Below, in pieces: positions 1-11,052 of a DNA stretch of 38,297 nucleotides (positions within the stretch are counted from its first letter, which is position 1; the number at the start of each line of letters is the position of its first letter). A program made the translations under genes and the position numbers. Source of the stretch: Octopus bimaculoides (taxonomy: Eukaryota); contig NC_068990.1 in assembly GCF_001194135.2 (NCBI RefSeq), positions 42,449,314 to 42,487,610 of the forward strand. Reading direction: 5' to 3'. The notes under the pieces are model-generated. The model was given only the letters and a program-made list of their open reading frames with translations. It made no database searches and was not told the DNA's origin.

Positions 1-399
1 TATATATATATATATATATATATATATGCGACGGTTTTGTTAAGCAGCATCGATTTTTACAATTTTGTAAATAATGATAATAGTATTTTATAAGCTTAAA
101 TCTTATAGCGATCACCGCGCAACGACTAAAGAAAATAGTCTTATAATGAGGCATATAAGCCTTCGACAGGAAAAAGTAGGTTTTCCCGTATGCATTAAAT
201 TAGTCAAGGAACTAAATTCCCTTAAGGAATACGCGCATCCTAGTTCACCGGTTTATACCAGCGTTCAAAGAAGACCAAGCATATTAGTTTATCACCGAAA
301 CGTTTAGGTGTTTCTATGTATGAATCTGACTGTCATTAAATAAAGACATCTGTACGTAAATTTTTGTCCGTTTTCTTTATTTTCTTATTTAAAATGGTA

Positions 400-430
<31 letters not shown>

Positions 431-879
431 TAGTGGCGACTGCGGCACTTGGGCAGTTCGGGCTTAGCCCGAGTATTAAATTTAGTAAAGTGAACGTGTA
501 TTTGGAAGCTCAGCCAATAAATCCGACTCCTTTTATTGAACCTGGTCGCAGTTCATTTATTTTCATTCAGCGTCTGGTCGTCGTCTTCGAGGTGCCCTGT
601 GTCAAAAAATATCATTCGTAGCAGACGTTCTCGCGACATCACTTACGCGCGCCTGACTCGGACTCAGAAGTTACAACCCGAGTTGTTATCTATATTCGTA
701 AAAATTAAAAGTAATTCAAATTCAATGTTTTCTTGAAACAATAAATTTCTATAGAGATTAGGATTTAAATTCCAATCTGAAAAGTTTCCGTTCTGCAATA
801 TTCTTAAAGGAATAAAATCCATAATGAAAACTATGTCGTTCACTTACAGCTGCAGACTATCGAGAAATATCGAAACAGA

Positions 880-1818
880 GAATTTTAGTGGGTCAGACTG
901 AAATCCGAAGCAGAGAGCAGAGAAAAAAGGGAAAACAAAGAAAGAAGTACAAAAAGGACATGAAGAAAAATTACGCACGAAGGGATTACACAATCAATTC
1001 CATGTAGCCACAACAGAAGTTGCTGGAAAAAATTGGTGGGATTGGCTGATGAAAGGATCACTAAAAAAAGAGACCAAAAGTACTATACTGGCAACACAAG
1101 TCTAAAAAAGCTTTGACCATTAACTGGAGGGCCAATCTTAGGAATGAGCAAGAGTCTCCGCTGTGCCACATCTGCAATAGAGTGGATGAAACTATTGCAC
1201 ATATCACGAACGAATGCCCTAGACTTACCCAAAACCACTACAAGTTGTGACGACATGATCAGGTAGCGAAAATGTTACATTGGAAACCACGAAAAGTGGG
1301 GGCTAGAGTGAACGAAGATATGGTAAGAACACAAACCGAAGAGAGTGACGGAGTCGGAGACTAGCAAAATCCTCTGGGATTTCCCAATCCAAACAGATCA
1401 AGTACTAAAGCATAACAGACTGGGCCTAGTGAGGTGCACCACATATGCTATATAGTTGATGTTGCATGCCCCTTTGACCCACGAATAATCAAGAACGAAG
1501 GCGAAATCATTGATACATGCAGCCCTCAAGTACGAAATAGCCCGGCTATGGAATATGAAGAAGGTGAAGTTAGTGTCAATTATTGTTGGGTACTTGGGAA
1601 TATTATCAGAAAGCATCAAGAGGAATATAAAGGAAATTGGAATAGAGTTTCCAGTAGAACTGTTACAAAAGGTTTGCCTCCTTGGCACGGCCAGAATAAT
1701 CGAGAAAGTATTAGATAGCTGAAAAGAACAGATAGTATGGTACCGTAGACTGCAGGTAGTAAAGCCTGCTACGCATGCAAGACTCCAGGAGTTCCATCAA
1801 AACCTGTGATAAAGAGAA

Positions 1819-1820
<2 letters not shown>
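880..1820 (+). mobile_element. RLE-type non-LTR retrotransposon (R4/Dong-like), decayed 3' part: CCHC knuckle, restriction-like endonuclease and 3' UTR
   Basis: Manual translation across frameshifts gives WWDWLMKGSLKKET, CHICNRVDETIAHITNEC (CCHC), HDQVAKMLHW, ILWDFPIQTD, CYIVDVACPFD and terminal LQKVCLLGTARIIEKVLDS* (stop at 1722). About 100 bp of UTR follows, then (TAA)n. The 5' boundary is approximate. Confidence 0.85.

Positions 1821-1880
<60 letters not shown>
1821..1880 (+). repeat. (TAA)n tail/target microsatellite
   Basis: Pure TAA run directly after the retroelement 3' UTR. Confidence 0.95.
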
Positions 1881-2040
1881 GTATAGACTTATTTCGTATG
1901 TGTATTTGGTATGCAAGATTCTTGATGTGAATATGTGTATTGAAAGAAATACTATTAAACCTTGGGAGAGGCATTATGCCGGTAATAAACACACGCACTG
2001 GTTCGGTCCTTTATTTATTTATAAACAGTAAAAAGACATA

Positions 2041-2553
2041 AGTATAGACTTGACAGAGCAAAAGAGTGGTACGAACATAAACCTGAAGACATCATCGAAA
2101 ATGATAATGCAAAGATCCTATGGGATTTTATGATACAGTACGACCATGAGATAGAGAATAGGAAACCAGACATAGTGTTGAGAAAGGAAGCAAACGATGC
2201 TGGATCATGGATATAGCATGCTTAGCTGACAACAAGGTACGCGATAAGGAAGAAAGAAAAGTCAATGGATATGACAGGTTAGCGTGGGATGTTACGCATC
2301 TGTGGTCGCTGAAAAGGCGGCAATAGTACCAATAATTGTCGGAGTCCTGGGAGCAGTGAGTAAAAATCTTGAGAAGTACATGGAACAAATAAGAGCTGCA
2401 ATAAGGGTGGAGCACTTGCAGAAAATAGCACTGCTTGGAACCACTCGAATACCCCGGATGGTGCTCGAAAAATAAAAGGTGTTACCTTTAGTTCACTGGT
2501 AGTGAACAGCTGGCACTGTAGTGCATCTCCAGCGTTAGAAGCTGTGTAAAGAC
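2041..2553 (+). mobile_element. Second R4/Dong-like subfamily, 5'-truncated endonuclease region and 3' UTR
   Basis: KYRLDRAKEWYEHKPEDIIENDNAKILWDF, NRKPDIV and end LQKIALLGTTRIPRMVLEK* (stop at 2475). Followed by (TAA)n at 2554-2636. Confidence 0.85.
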
Positions 2554-2565
2554 AATAATATAATG

Positions 2566-2636
<71 letters not shown>

Positions 2637-2672
2637 TCTTTTTATTGGCCACCTTTATTAACCAATAACAAT

Positions 2673-2771
2673 TCTTTGTAATTTTGATACAAAGCCAGCA
2701 ATTTTAAGGTAGGAGATTTTAACGATTACTTCGACCATAGTGTTCAGCTGAAGGATAAAAGGCAAAGTCGA
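2673..2771 (-). mobile_element. tRNA-derived SINE 3' fragment (family of 9084-9290)
   Basis: Resembles the reverse complement of the GCCTTTCATCC...GGGGTCGATGTAATCGAC...GCTGGCC tail of the 9084-9290 copy; diverged. Confidence 0.55.
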
Positions 2772-2777
2772 GATGAC

Positions 2778-2806
2778 GATGAGGAGGAGGAGGAGGAGGA
2801 AAACAA

Positions 2807-2837
<31 letters not shown>

Positions 2838-2903
2838 AAGAAGAAGAAGAAGAAGAAGAAGAAGAAGAAGAAGAAGAAGAAGAAGAAGAAGAAGAAGAAG
2901 AAA
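2778..2903 (+). repeat. Compound (GAG)n/(AAG)n microsatellite
   Basis: Direct reading. Confidence 0.95.
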
Positions 2904-3698
2904 AAGAATATCTTAATCTCTCTCATCTTTGTTTCATTAAGATTAATTGCTCTTAAAATGGAACTTAAATTTCCTTATTTTTTCTTTCCACCAAACAGGC
3001 AGTTAACCNNNNNNNNNNNNNNNNNNNNNNNNNNNNNNNNNNNNNNNNNNNNNNNNNNNNNNNNNNNNNNNNNNNNNNNNNNNNNNNNNNNNNNNNNNNN
3101 NNNNNNNNNNNNNNNNNNNNNNNNNNNNNNNNNNNNNNNNNNNNNNNNNNNNNNNNNNNNNNNNNNNNNNNNNNNNNNNNNNNNNNNNNNNNNNNNNNNN
3201 NNNNNNNNNNNNNNNNNNNNNNNNNNNNNNNNNNNNNNNNNNNNNNNNNNNNNNNNNNNNNNNNNNNNNNNNNNNNNNNNNNNNNNNNNNNNNNNNNNNN
3301 NNNNNNNNNNNNNNNNNNNNNNNNNNNNNNNNNNNNNNNNNNNNNNNNNNNNNNNNNNNNNNNNNNNNNNNNNNNNNNNNNNNNNNNNNNNNNNNNNNNN
3401 NNNNNNNNNNNNNNNNNNNNNNNNNNNNNNNNNNNNNNNNNNNNNNNNNNNNNNNNNNNNNNNNNNNNNNNNNNNNNNNNNNNNNNNNNNNNNNNNNNNN
3501 NNNNNNNNNNNNNNNNNNNNNNNNNNNNNNNNNNNNNNNNNNNNNNNNNNNNNNNNNNNNNNNNNNNNNNNNNNNNNNNNNNNNNNNNNNNNNNNNNNNN
3601 NNNNNNNNNNNNNNNNNNNNNNNNNNNNNNNNNNNNNNNNNNNNNNNNNNNNNNNNNNNNNNNNNNNNNNNNNNNNNNNNNNNNNNNNNNNNNNNNNN

Positions 3699-3814
3699 TT
3701 TTTAGATTCCACATTCGAGTTATCTCTATTTCCAGGTCTTTGTATTTTGAAAGTTTTTCCATTTCTTTTAGGGAAACGTTGTCATCTGCTGGTATTGATA
3801 CATCAATTAGAAAG

Positions 3815-3816
<2 letters not shown>
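3699..3816 (-). mobile_element. R4/Dong-like fragment (third subfamily), 5' junction at (TAA)n, 3' end lost in the gap
   Basis: Minus strand reads CFLIDVSIPADDNVSLKEMEKLSKYKDLEIEITRMWNLK, preceded directly by (TAA)n at 3817-3900. Confidence 0.85.
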
Positions 3817-3900
<84 letters not shown>

Positions 3901-3965
3901 TTTTAATCACATGTTTTGTTGAAACTCCTGGACTCTTGCATGCGTAGCGGGCTTACTGTCTGCAG
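3901..3965 (-). mobile_element. 3' UTR-only fragment of the 880-1820 subfamily
   Basis: Minus strand CTGCAGACAGTAAGCCCGCTACGCATGCAAGAGTCCAGGAGTTTCAACAAAACATGTGAT matches the UTR at about 1750-1812; followed by (TAA)n. Confidence 0.8.
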
Positions 3966-4149
3966 CATTGTTGTTGTTGTTGTCGTCGTTGTTTTTTTTT
4001 GGGGTGGGGGGGCAGCGCATGCCATCAAAGTAACACTGGGATACAAATATGCGAAACCCAATATACCCATCATGGCTACTCGTCTGATAAGGGTACACCA
4101 GGCACATGCATCACGATCATATGTGCACAACATGGTAATATCATATCAA

Positions 4150-4610
4150 GATAAACGGCGCAAGTGCTCCACCCTTATTGAAGCCCCTATTTGTTCCACG
4201 TTCTTCTCGAGGCTCCGACAATTATTGGTACTACTGCTACCTTTTTCATCGACCACAACTGCTTAACTTCCCAAGCTAACCTGTCATATCTCTGAACTTA
4301 TATTTCTTCCTTATCGCATACCATGTCAGCTGGGCTTGCTATATCTATGATGTAGCATAGTTTGTTTTCTTTCTCAATTAAGACTATGTCTGGCATCCTA
4401 TTCTCTATCTCATGGTCGCACTGAATCATAGAATCCCATAGGATCTTTGCATTTCTATTTTCGACGATGACTTCAGGTTTGTGGTCGTACCAGTTTTTTG
4501 CTCTGTCAAGTCCATACTTGTTGCAAAGTGCCCAATGGACAAGCGTGGCTATATTGTCGTGGCGTCTCTTATATTCTTTCTGGGCTAGTGGCGTACATTG
4601 GCTGGTAATA
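4150..4610 (-). mobile_element. R4/Dong-like fragment, same subfamily as 2041-2553
   Basis: HITSQCTPLAQKEYKRRHDNIATLVHWALCNKYGLDRAKNWYDHKPEVIVENRNAKILWD; nucleotide similarity to 2041-2420; 5' junction at (TAA)n 4611-4674. Confidence 0.85.
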
Positions 4611-4613
4611 TAC

Positions 4614-4674
<61 letters not shown>

Positions 4675-4850
4675 GGAGCCGATGATCGGCAGACTCGTTA
4701 GATCCTTAGAAAAATGCATTGGGTTATGTTTTCCGGCTCTTTACGGTCTGAGTTCAAAACCGACTGAGCTGAACTTAGCCTTTCATCTTTTCAGGGTCGA
4801 TAGAATAAAGAGCCAGTCATGTACCAGGTTGATGTACTTTACTAACTCAT
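4675..4850 (+). mobile_element. tRNA-derived SINE, diverged
   Basis: B-box-like CTGAGTTCAAA and GCCTTTCATCTTTTCAGGGTCGATAGAATAA core shared with 9084-9290. Confidence 0.7.
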
Positions 4851-4894
4851 TTCCTAGAAATTGCTGGCTTTGTAGCTCAATCAGTAACCGCTAT

Positions 4895-5075
4895 CGGGCG
4901 GCGAGTTGATGAGTTAGAGAATCGGGGGGGAAATGTAATATTTCTTTCGGCTCTTCACATTCTAAGTTCAAATCAACCTTGCCTTTCATCCTTTTGGAGT
5001 TGATAAGATAATGCACCAACTAAGTATGAGGTCAATTTAATTGAAATTGCTAGTCTTACGCCCAAATCAGAAAGG
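4895..5075 (+). mobile_element. tRNA-derived SINE, diverged
   Basis: GGCGGCGAGTTG head, TTCTAAGTTCAAATC, and GCCTTTCATCCTTTTGGAGTTGATAAGATAA core. Confidence 0.65.
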
Positions 5076-5169
5076 ATTATGAAAGGCGACGGGGTTATGT
5101 GAATAAATAGTTGTAGAGCATTCTAGAGTAGAGGGTGAGTTACCAATTTAGATGGGACGCTTAGGAAAG

Positions 5170-6570
5170 ATATTGCGACGGACGTACTAGCGGTGAGATT
5201 GACCCGTACCAATCCTTCAAAGCGAAGCACGAAGGTTGAGCTGCCAAAGTTAAGGTACGTGCTTTAAGACATCATGGAGGTTCGAAAGACCTGAATGGCA
5301 GAAGCATAACGCGGCAACAAAGCCAAAATTAGGTCTTTAACAGATCGAGAGGAGCGGTTGCTACCCGATTCCAGGAAGATATGTGCGGCTTTTGTGTAGC
5401 ACTTCACTCAACAGTGGAGCGAAGGGCAGGTCGGAGACAGAGGTAGACTTTTCCGACTAGCTTGACGACGTGCCATAGCACACGACTAGGGACGTGGATT
5501 TCTGCAGAAGACCGATAAATAAATATGAGAAGTGATGGCTGATTGCACGAGAGAGGAGTCGCCAGGGCTGGATGGTCTTTGTCTATGAGTTTATGCCCTT
5601 GTGCCAAATTTGTTGGGTGGGTGGCTCTTCGTGGATATCAACCGCAACTTAGCAGGAATCAACTGCGAAAAGTGGTGTGTCGTTGATGTTGTGAAAGGAC
5701 CAATCATACGGAATGGTTTTAACAACTTCAACAACGTAACACTGCTAAATGCAGAGTTAGAAATTTTGGCAAAGGTATTAGCTAAGAGGTTGGCAATTGT
5801 TGTCGATACTCTGGTAGGTGAAGCACGGATATGCGCCATCTCAAACAAATCCATCCACGACAAATTCCACCTCATATGGATGCATCAAGGAAAGGGGTTT
5901 GTAAAGAGCTTGGTGTGAGTAGGGCCTTGATCAATTTTGATCAATCGAAAGCTTTCCATGGGGTCCAAAGCCAATATTTGGCGGCTGTTTCGAATGCGGT
6001 TAGCTTCAGTCCTATCTTCAAAGTTTGGATCGCTGCAATGTGCTATGACATCTGTTCGGTTGTCAGAATAAATGGACAACTTTCGGCCTCGTTCAATATC
6101 GGGCTTTCAGTCCGTCAGATGTGCGCCCTCTCACCTTTTTTTATGTACTGGTGCTCGAACCACTACTGCTGAAATCAGAGGTTCCGAGGGGTGTCACGCC
6201 TGAACTATGATGTGGGAGAATTGTTTCGGTATATATGGACGACGTAACCGTTATAATGACTGACACCAAACACATCGAGGTGATCGGCATTGATCTGAAG
6301 GAGTAAGAAGGTGTAAGAGGAACACCTGGAGAGGAAGATCCCTGCAGTTCAATAGCATAGTCAGGTGATGGGCGGACGGATTGGTTAAACTGCTTAGGAT
6401 TTAGTCCAGACCTCCATGTAGACAAAAACTGGAGTGAGGTGATGCGCAAGGTATCTAAACCCACCCAGAAACGGGCCAAGAGTAGGCTACTTCTGAAGGG
6501 TAGAGCGGAGTTGGCGAACGCCAACCTTGCATCCGTCATCTATATCCGCCTGAGTGTTGTGTCTTGTTTC
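5170..6570 (+). pseudogene. L1/Tx1-clade LINE reverse transcriptase relic (frameshifted)
   Basis: NVTLLNAELEILAKVLAKRL, ALINFDQSKAFHGV, VRINGQLSASFNIGLSVRQMCALSP, YMDDVTV (YADD-like) and NWSEV...LLLKGRAELAN. Motif order fits an L1/Tx1 RT. Boundaries are approximate. Confidence 0.8.
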
Positions 6571-6581
6571 ATGGTTGACCA

Positions 6582-6676
6582 GATAAAATTAGTTGCAGTT
6601 GAGTACTGAGGTCAATGTAATAATCTGAGTACTGAGGTCAACGTAATAATTTATCATCTAGCCCAAATTTGAAACC
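6582..6676 (+). mobile_element. SINE 3' end with a 26-bp internal tandem duplication
   Basis: TGAGTACTGAGGTCAAYGTAATAAT occurs twice (6600-6651); ends CCAAATTTGAAACC followed by (TTA)n. Confidence 0.7.
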
Positions 6677-6745
<69 letters not shown>

Positions 6746-6746
6746 T

Positions 6747-7304
6747 TATGTTTGACTTTTGTTTTGCATTTGTACAAGTTGGATCCAAGTCTCACCCAGA
6801 GACCTCAAGAGACAACAAGTTAGAAGTTCATGTAGGTGTTATGCCTAGGGTACCATATATTTGGATTTGTACAGTTTTGTTCAAGTGAATGTTTAAGAAA
6901 CCATAAGAAAATNNNNNNNNNNNNNNNNNNNNNNNNNNNNNNNNNNNNNNNNNNNNNNNNNNNNNNNNNNNNNNNNNNNNGCTAGGTAGTAATCAGCCCG
7001 TTTCGCTGTCATTCCCAGGGCACCTATGACAATAGGTATTGTTTTCGTCTTCAGATTCCACATTTTGCTAATTTCTATTTCAAGATCTTTATATTTGCTC
7101 AGTTTTTGGTAGGTCTTGACAGATACGTTTATATCAATTGGGACAGTCATATCAATGAGGAGGCATGATTTTTGTCTGAAGTCTTTCAGTATGATGTCTG
7201 GCCTATTTGCGTCTATCTTTCTGTCAGTTTGAATGGTGAAGTTCCAGAGGAGTGCAATGTGATCATTTTCAAGTACTGGGGGTGGTTTGTGTTCCCACCA
7301 GTTT
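6747..7304 (-). mobile_element. R4/Dong-like 5'-truncated copy flanked by (TAA)n on both sides
   Basis: KNWWEHKPPPVLENDHIALLWNFTIQTDRKIDANRPDIILKDFRQKSCLLIDMTVPIDINVSVKTYQKLSKYKDLEIEISKMWNLKTKTIPIVIGALG. TAA runs at 6678-6746 and 7305-7360; internal gap at 6913-6980. Confidence 0.9.
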
Positions 7305-8307
7305 TTATTATTATTATTATTATCATTATTATTATTACTGTTATTATTATTATTATTATTGTTGTTGTTGTTGTTGTTGTAACTCCCACTGCTAAGGCTA
7401 CTACTTCTTCCACAAACATTGCTGCTGTTACAACTCCTCCCACTACTATTGAGGTTATTGTACTAGGGTTGTACAGGTATGTTCATTATAACTTTTTAAC
7501 AGAATTTGTCTCAACGCCGTTTAGCACAGGCCTGCTTACAATCTTCACCAAACTGCTGCCCTCACTAAACTTCTGCATTTTTAAAACCAACTTCTGCATT
7601 TCTTTATGTTTAGTATTATTACCAAATCTTCGTCACTCGAACTTTCTCCACACCTCGCACCTCTTAAATATTTGTTTCTAATAAATTATCGATTTCTCTT
7701 GAATTGTTATTCTAACAAATGTTTAGATCAGTTAGTCATAATTAGTTCGATTTTTCTATTATATTTTTTTTTTATGTTTGCAATTCATATATCAATTTCG
7801 AAGAAATTATTTCTTCAAACAACATAAAGACAAGAAATTATCCGTATACATTCGGCGATGAATTGCATATATTTCCTATAGCACTTGTGACACGATATTT
7901 CATTTCAAATATATTTTACTGCCGGCAACACTGCGGTGTCATCTACAAGACATATACCGTTTAACAATTAAAAGAAGAGACAGATTTAAAAGGAAAGAAG
8001 AGAATGTGAGAAGATAAGTGGGTATTTACACTTCATAATGACACCAACACAATTTTAATTGGAGCTATTAAATAAATAGTTTTCAAATGATACTATTAAT
8101 TATATCAATTTAATTTAATTTACTTGTGAAAAAGCACTCTGAGAGAGATATGTATTTCCTATATATGTCGTGTACCTATCTCTATTAAGAAGAACAATTA
8201 AAATTAGGAAATTATAAAAAGTAAAAACAAAGTAACATGCTGATTCCAATTCGTGCACTAATCACGTACCTGCCATGCATGTTTGTGTATAGTAACTGTA
8301 GAGATAC

Positions 8308-8361
8308 ATGGTGGTGGTGGTGGTAGAGATAGTGGTGATGGTGGTAGTAGTAGAGGTGGTG

Positions 8362-8432
<71 letters not shown>
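8308..8432 (+). repeat. Compound (GGT)n/(TAG)n microsatellite
   Basis: Direct reading. Confidence 0.9.
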
Positions 8433-8433
<1 letters not shown>

Positions 8434-8536
8434 AGGTAATTCAGTGATCATTTAGAATGCGCGTTTGTTTATGTGTGTGAATGTGTGAATATGTGAATTT
8501 AAGCGTATGCGTGAATATGCTTATGTCTGCATGTGC

Positions 8537-8584
<48 letters not shown>

Positions 8585-9083
8585 NNNNNNNNNNNNNNNN
8601 NNNNNNNNNNNNNNNNNNNNNNNNNNNNNNNNNNNNNNNNNNNNNNNNNNNNNNNNNNNNNNNNNNNNNNNNNNNNNNNNNNNNNNNNNNNNNNNNNNNN
8701 NNNNNNNNNNNNNNNNNNNNNNNNNNNNNNNNNNNNNNNNNNNNNNNNNNNNNNNNNNNNNNNNNNNNNNNNNNNNNNNNNNNNNNNNNNNNNNNNNNNN
8801 NNNNNNNNNNNNNNNNNNNNNNNNNNNNNNNNNNNNNNNNNNNNNNNNNNNNNNNNNNNNNNNNNNNNNNNNNNNNNNNNNNNNNNNNNNNNNNNNNNNN
8901 NNNNNNNNNNNNNNNNNNNNNNNNNNNNNNNNNNNNNNNNNNNNNNNNNNNNNNNNNNNNNNNNNNNNNNNNNNNNNNNNNNNNNNNNNNNNNNNNNNNN
9001 NNNNNNNNGTATTTGTGCGGGAGGACGCATGCGTGTGCGTACAAACTTAAAGCAGCTTTAAGCAATATAATATATATGAGAGT

Positions 9084-9290
9084 GCGGCGAACTGGCAGAA
9101 TCGTTCCCGCGCCTGAAAAAGATGCTAAGCGGTACTTCTTCCCATTTTACGTTCTAAGTTCACATGCCGCCGGAGTCCACTTGCCTTTCATCCTTTCGGG
9201 GTTGATAAAATAAGTACCAGCTGAGCACTGGGGTCGATGTAATCGACTTATCGCCTCCCCCGAAATTACTGGCCCTGGGCCAAAATACAT
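9084..9290 (+). mobile_element. tRNA-derived SINE, near full length
   Basis: A-box-like GGCGAACTGGCAGAATCG and B-box-like GTTCTAAGTTCA head; tail GCCTTTCATCCTTTCGGGTTGATAAAATAAGTACCAG...CCCCGAAATT; related copies occur elsewhere in the window. Confidence 0.8.
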
Positions 9291-9689
9291 GAGAATGTGA
9301 CTCTTAATAAATGAGTCTTTGCGCGCAATTCTGCATGAAATTACATAGAAAATTTACATTACGATCGTCAGCCCCCCACCACCACCACCACCACCAGGTC
9401 GGCCCCATTGTATGGCATCTACGATATCTAGGACATGTATAATTTACAATTGTATCAAGTTGAAACACGCTTTGTGAATGAAACTGGCTAGCTGAAAACT
9501 GTATAGAAGCCCATCGAGTCTGTTATAAAAGGTCAGTTTTGCCACACAAGTGAAATGTTAATTCTAACCGAGGACTACGTGAAGGATAAATGGTATTTGG
9601 CGAATACTCAGTCACATAAATTTAATGAGCAAATAATATAGCTAGTCGTAGAGTAAAAAATGATGTAGGTCCATTTTTTATATACATGT

Positions 9690-9873
9690 ATATCTCTAAA
9701 TCGTGTGTTCGATTCCCTGACTGGGGCGTTGTGTTCTTCGGCAAAACACTTCATTCACATTGTTCCAGTCCCCCTTTCGATCAGCGGGGAATGTTGGCCT
9801 GCTCGCCTAGCCAGCGGCGTGACGTCATTTGAAGGCTAAAACAATGGAAAAGCGCATTGTGACCAGCGATGTG
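9690..9873 (+). mobile_element. Second tRNA-derived SINE family, 5'-eroded
   Basis: GTTCGATTCC B-box then CGTTGTGTTCTTCGGCAAAACACTTC; related to 26509-26608 and 17919-17983. Confidence 0.65.
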
Positions 9874-10053
9874 ATCACGTGATATACGTATGCGTGTATA
9901 TATGCATGAATGTGTGTTTATATATATGCATATTTTCTTCCTTTGGTAGAAATATGGGTAAGTTCAGAATATGCGTGTGTACGTGTGTGTGTGTGCGTGA
10001 ATATATGTGTCTATGTATGAACGTAAATATGTATGTATTTACATGATTTTGTT

Positions 10054-10093
<40 letters not shown>

Positions 10094-10979
10094 TATTCAT
10101 GCAAACATACGTACACACACATACATACATACATATATATATGCGTTTTACTCCATTTATTCTTTATTATATATATATNNNNNNNNNNNNNNNNNNNNNN
10201 NNNNNNNNNNNNNNNNNNNNNNNNNNNNNNNNNNNNNNNNNNNNNNNNNNNNNNNNNNNNNNNNNNNNNNNNNNNNNNNNNNNNNNNNNNNNNNNNNNNN
10301 NNNNNNNNNNNNNNNNNNNNNNNNNNNNNNNNNNNNNNNNNNNNNNNNNNNNNNNNNNNNNNNNNNNNNNNNNNNNNNNNNNNNNNNNNNNNNNNNNNNN
10401 NNNNNNNNNNNNNNNNNNNNNNNNNNNNNNNNNNNNNNNNNNNNNNNNNNNNNNNNNNNNNNNNNNNNNNNNNNNNNNNNNNNNNNNNNNNNNNNNNNNN
10501 NNNNNNNNNNNNNNNNNNNNNNNNNNNNNNNNNNNNNNNNNNNNNNNNNNNNNNNNNNNNNNNNNNNNNNNNNNNNNNNNNNNNNNNNNNNNNNNNNNNN
10601 NNNNNNNNNNNNNNNNNNNNNNNNNNNNNNNNNNNNNNNNNNNNNNNNNNNNNNNNNNNNNNNNNNNNNNNNNNNNNNNNNNNNNNNNNNNNNNNNNNNN
10701 NNNNNNNNNNNNNNNNNNNNNNNNNNNNNNNNNNNNNNNNNNNNNNNNNNNNNNNNNNNNNNNNNNNNNNNNNNNNNNNNNNNNNNNNNNNNNNNNNNNN
10801 NNNNNNNNNNNNNNNNNNNNNNNNNNNNNNNNNNNNNNNNNNNNNNNNNNNNNNNNNNNNNNNNNNNNNNNNNNNNNNNNNNNNNNNNNNNNNNNNNNNN
10901 NNNNNNNNNNNNNNNNNNNNNNNNNNNNNNNNNNNNNNNNNNNNNNNNNNNNNNNNNNNNNNNNNNNNNNNNNNNNNNN

Positions 10980-11052
<73 letters not shown>

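Noticed and set aside
262-312. CCGAAACGTTTAGG resembling the 3' half of a Penelope hammerhead
   Set aside because: No NUGANNA core upstream and no stem I/II pairing; at best an unrecognisably decayed pLTR.
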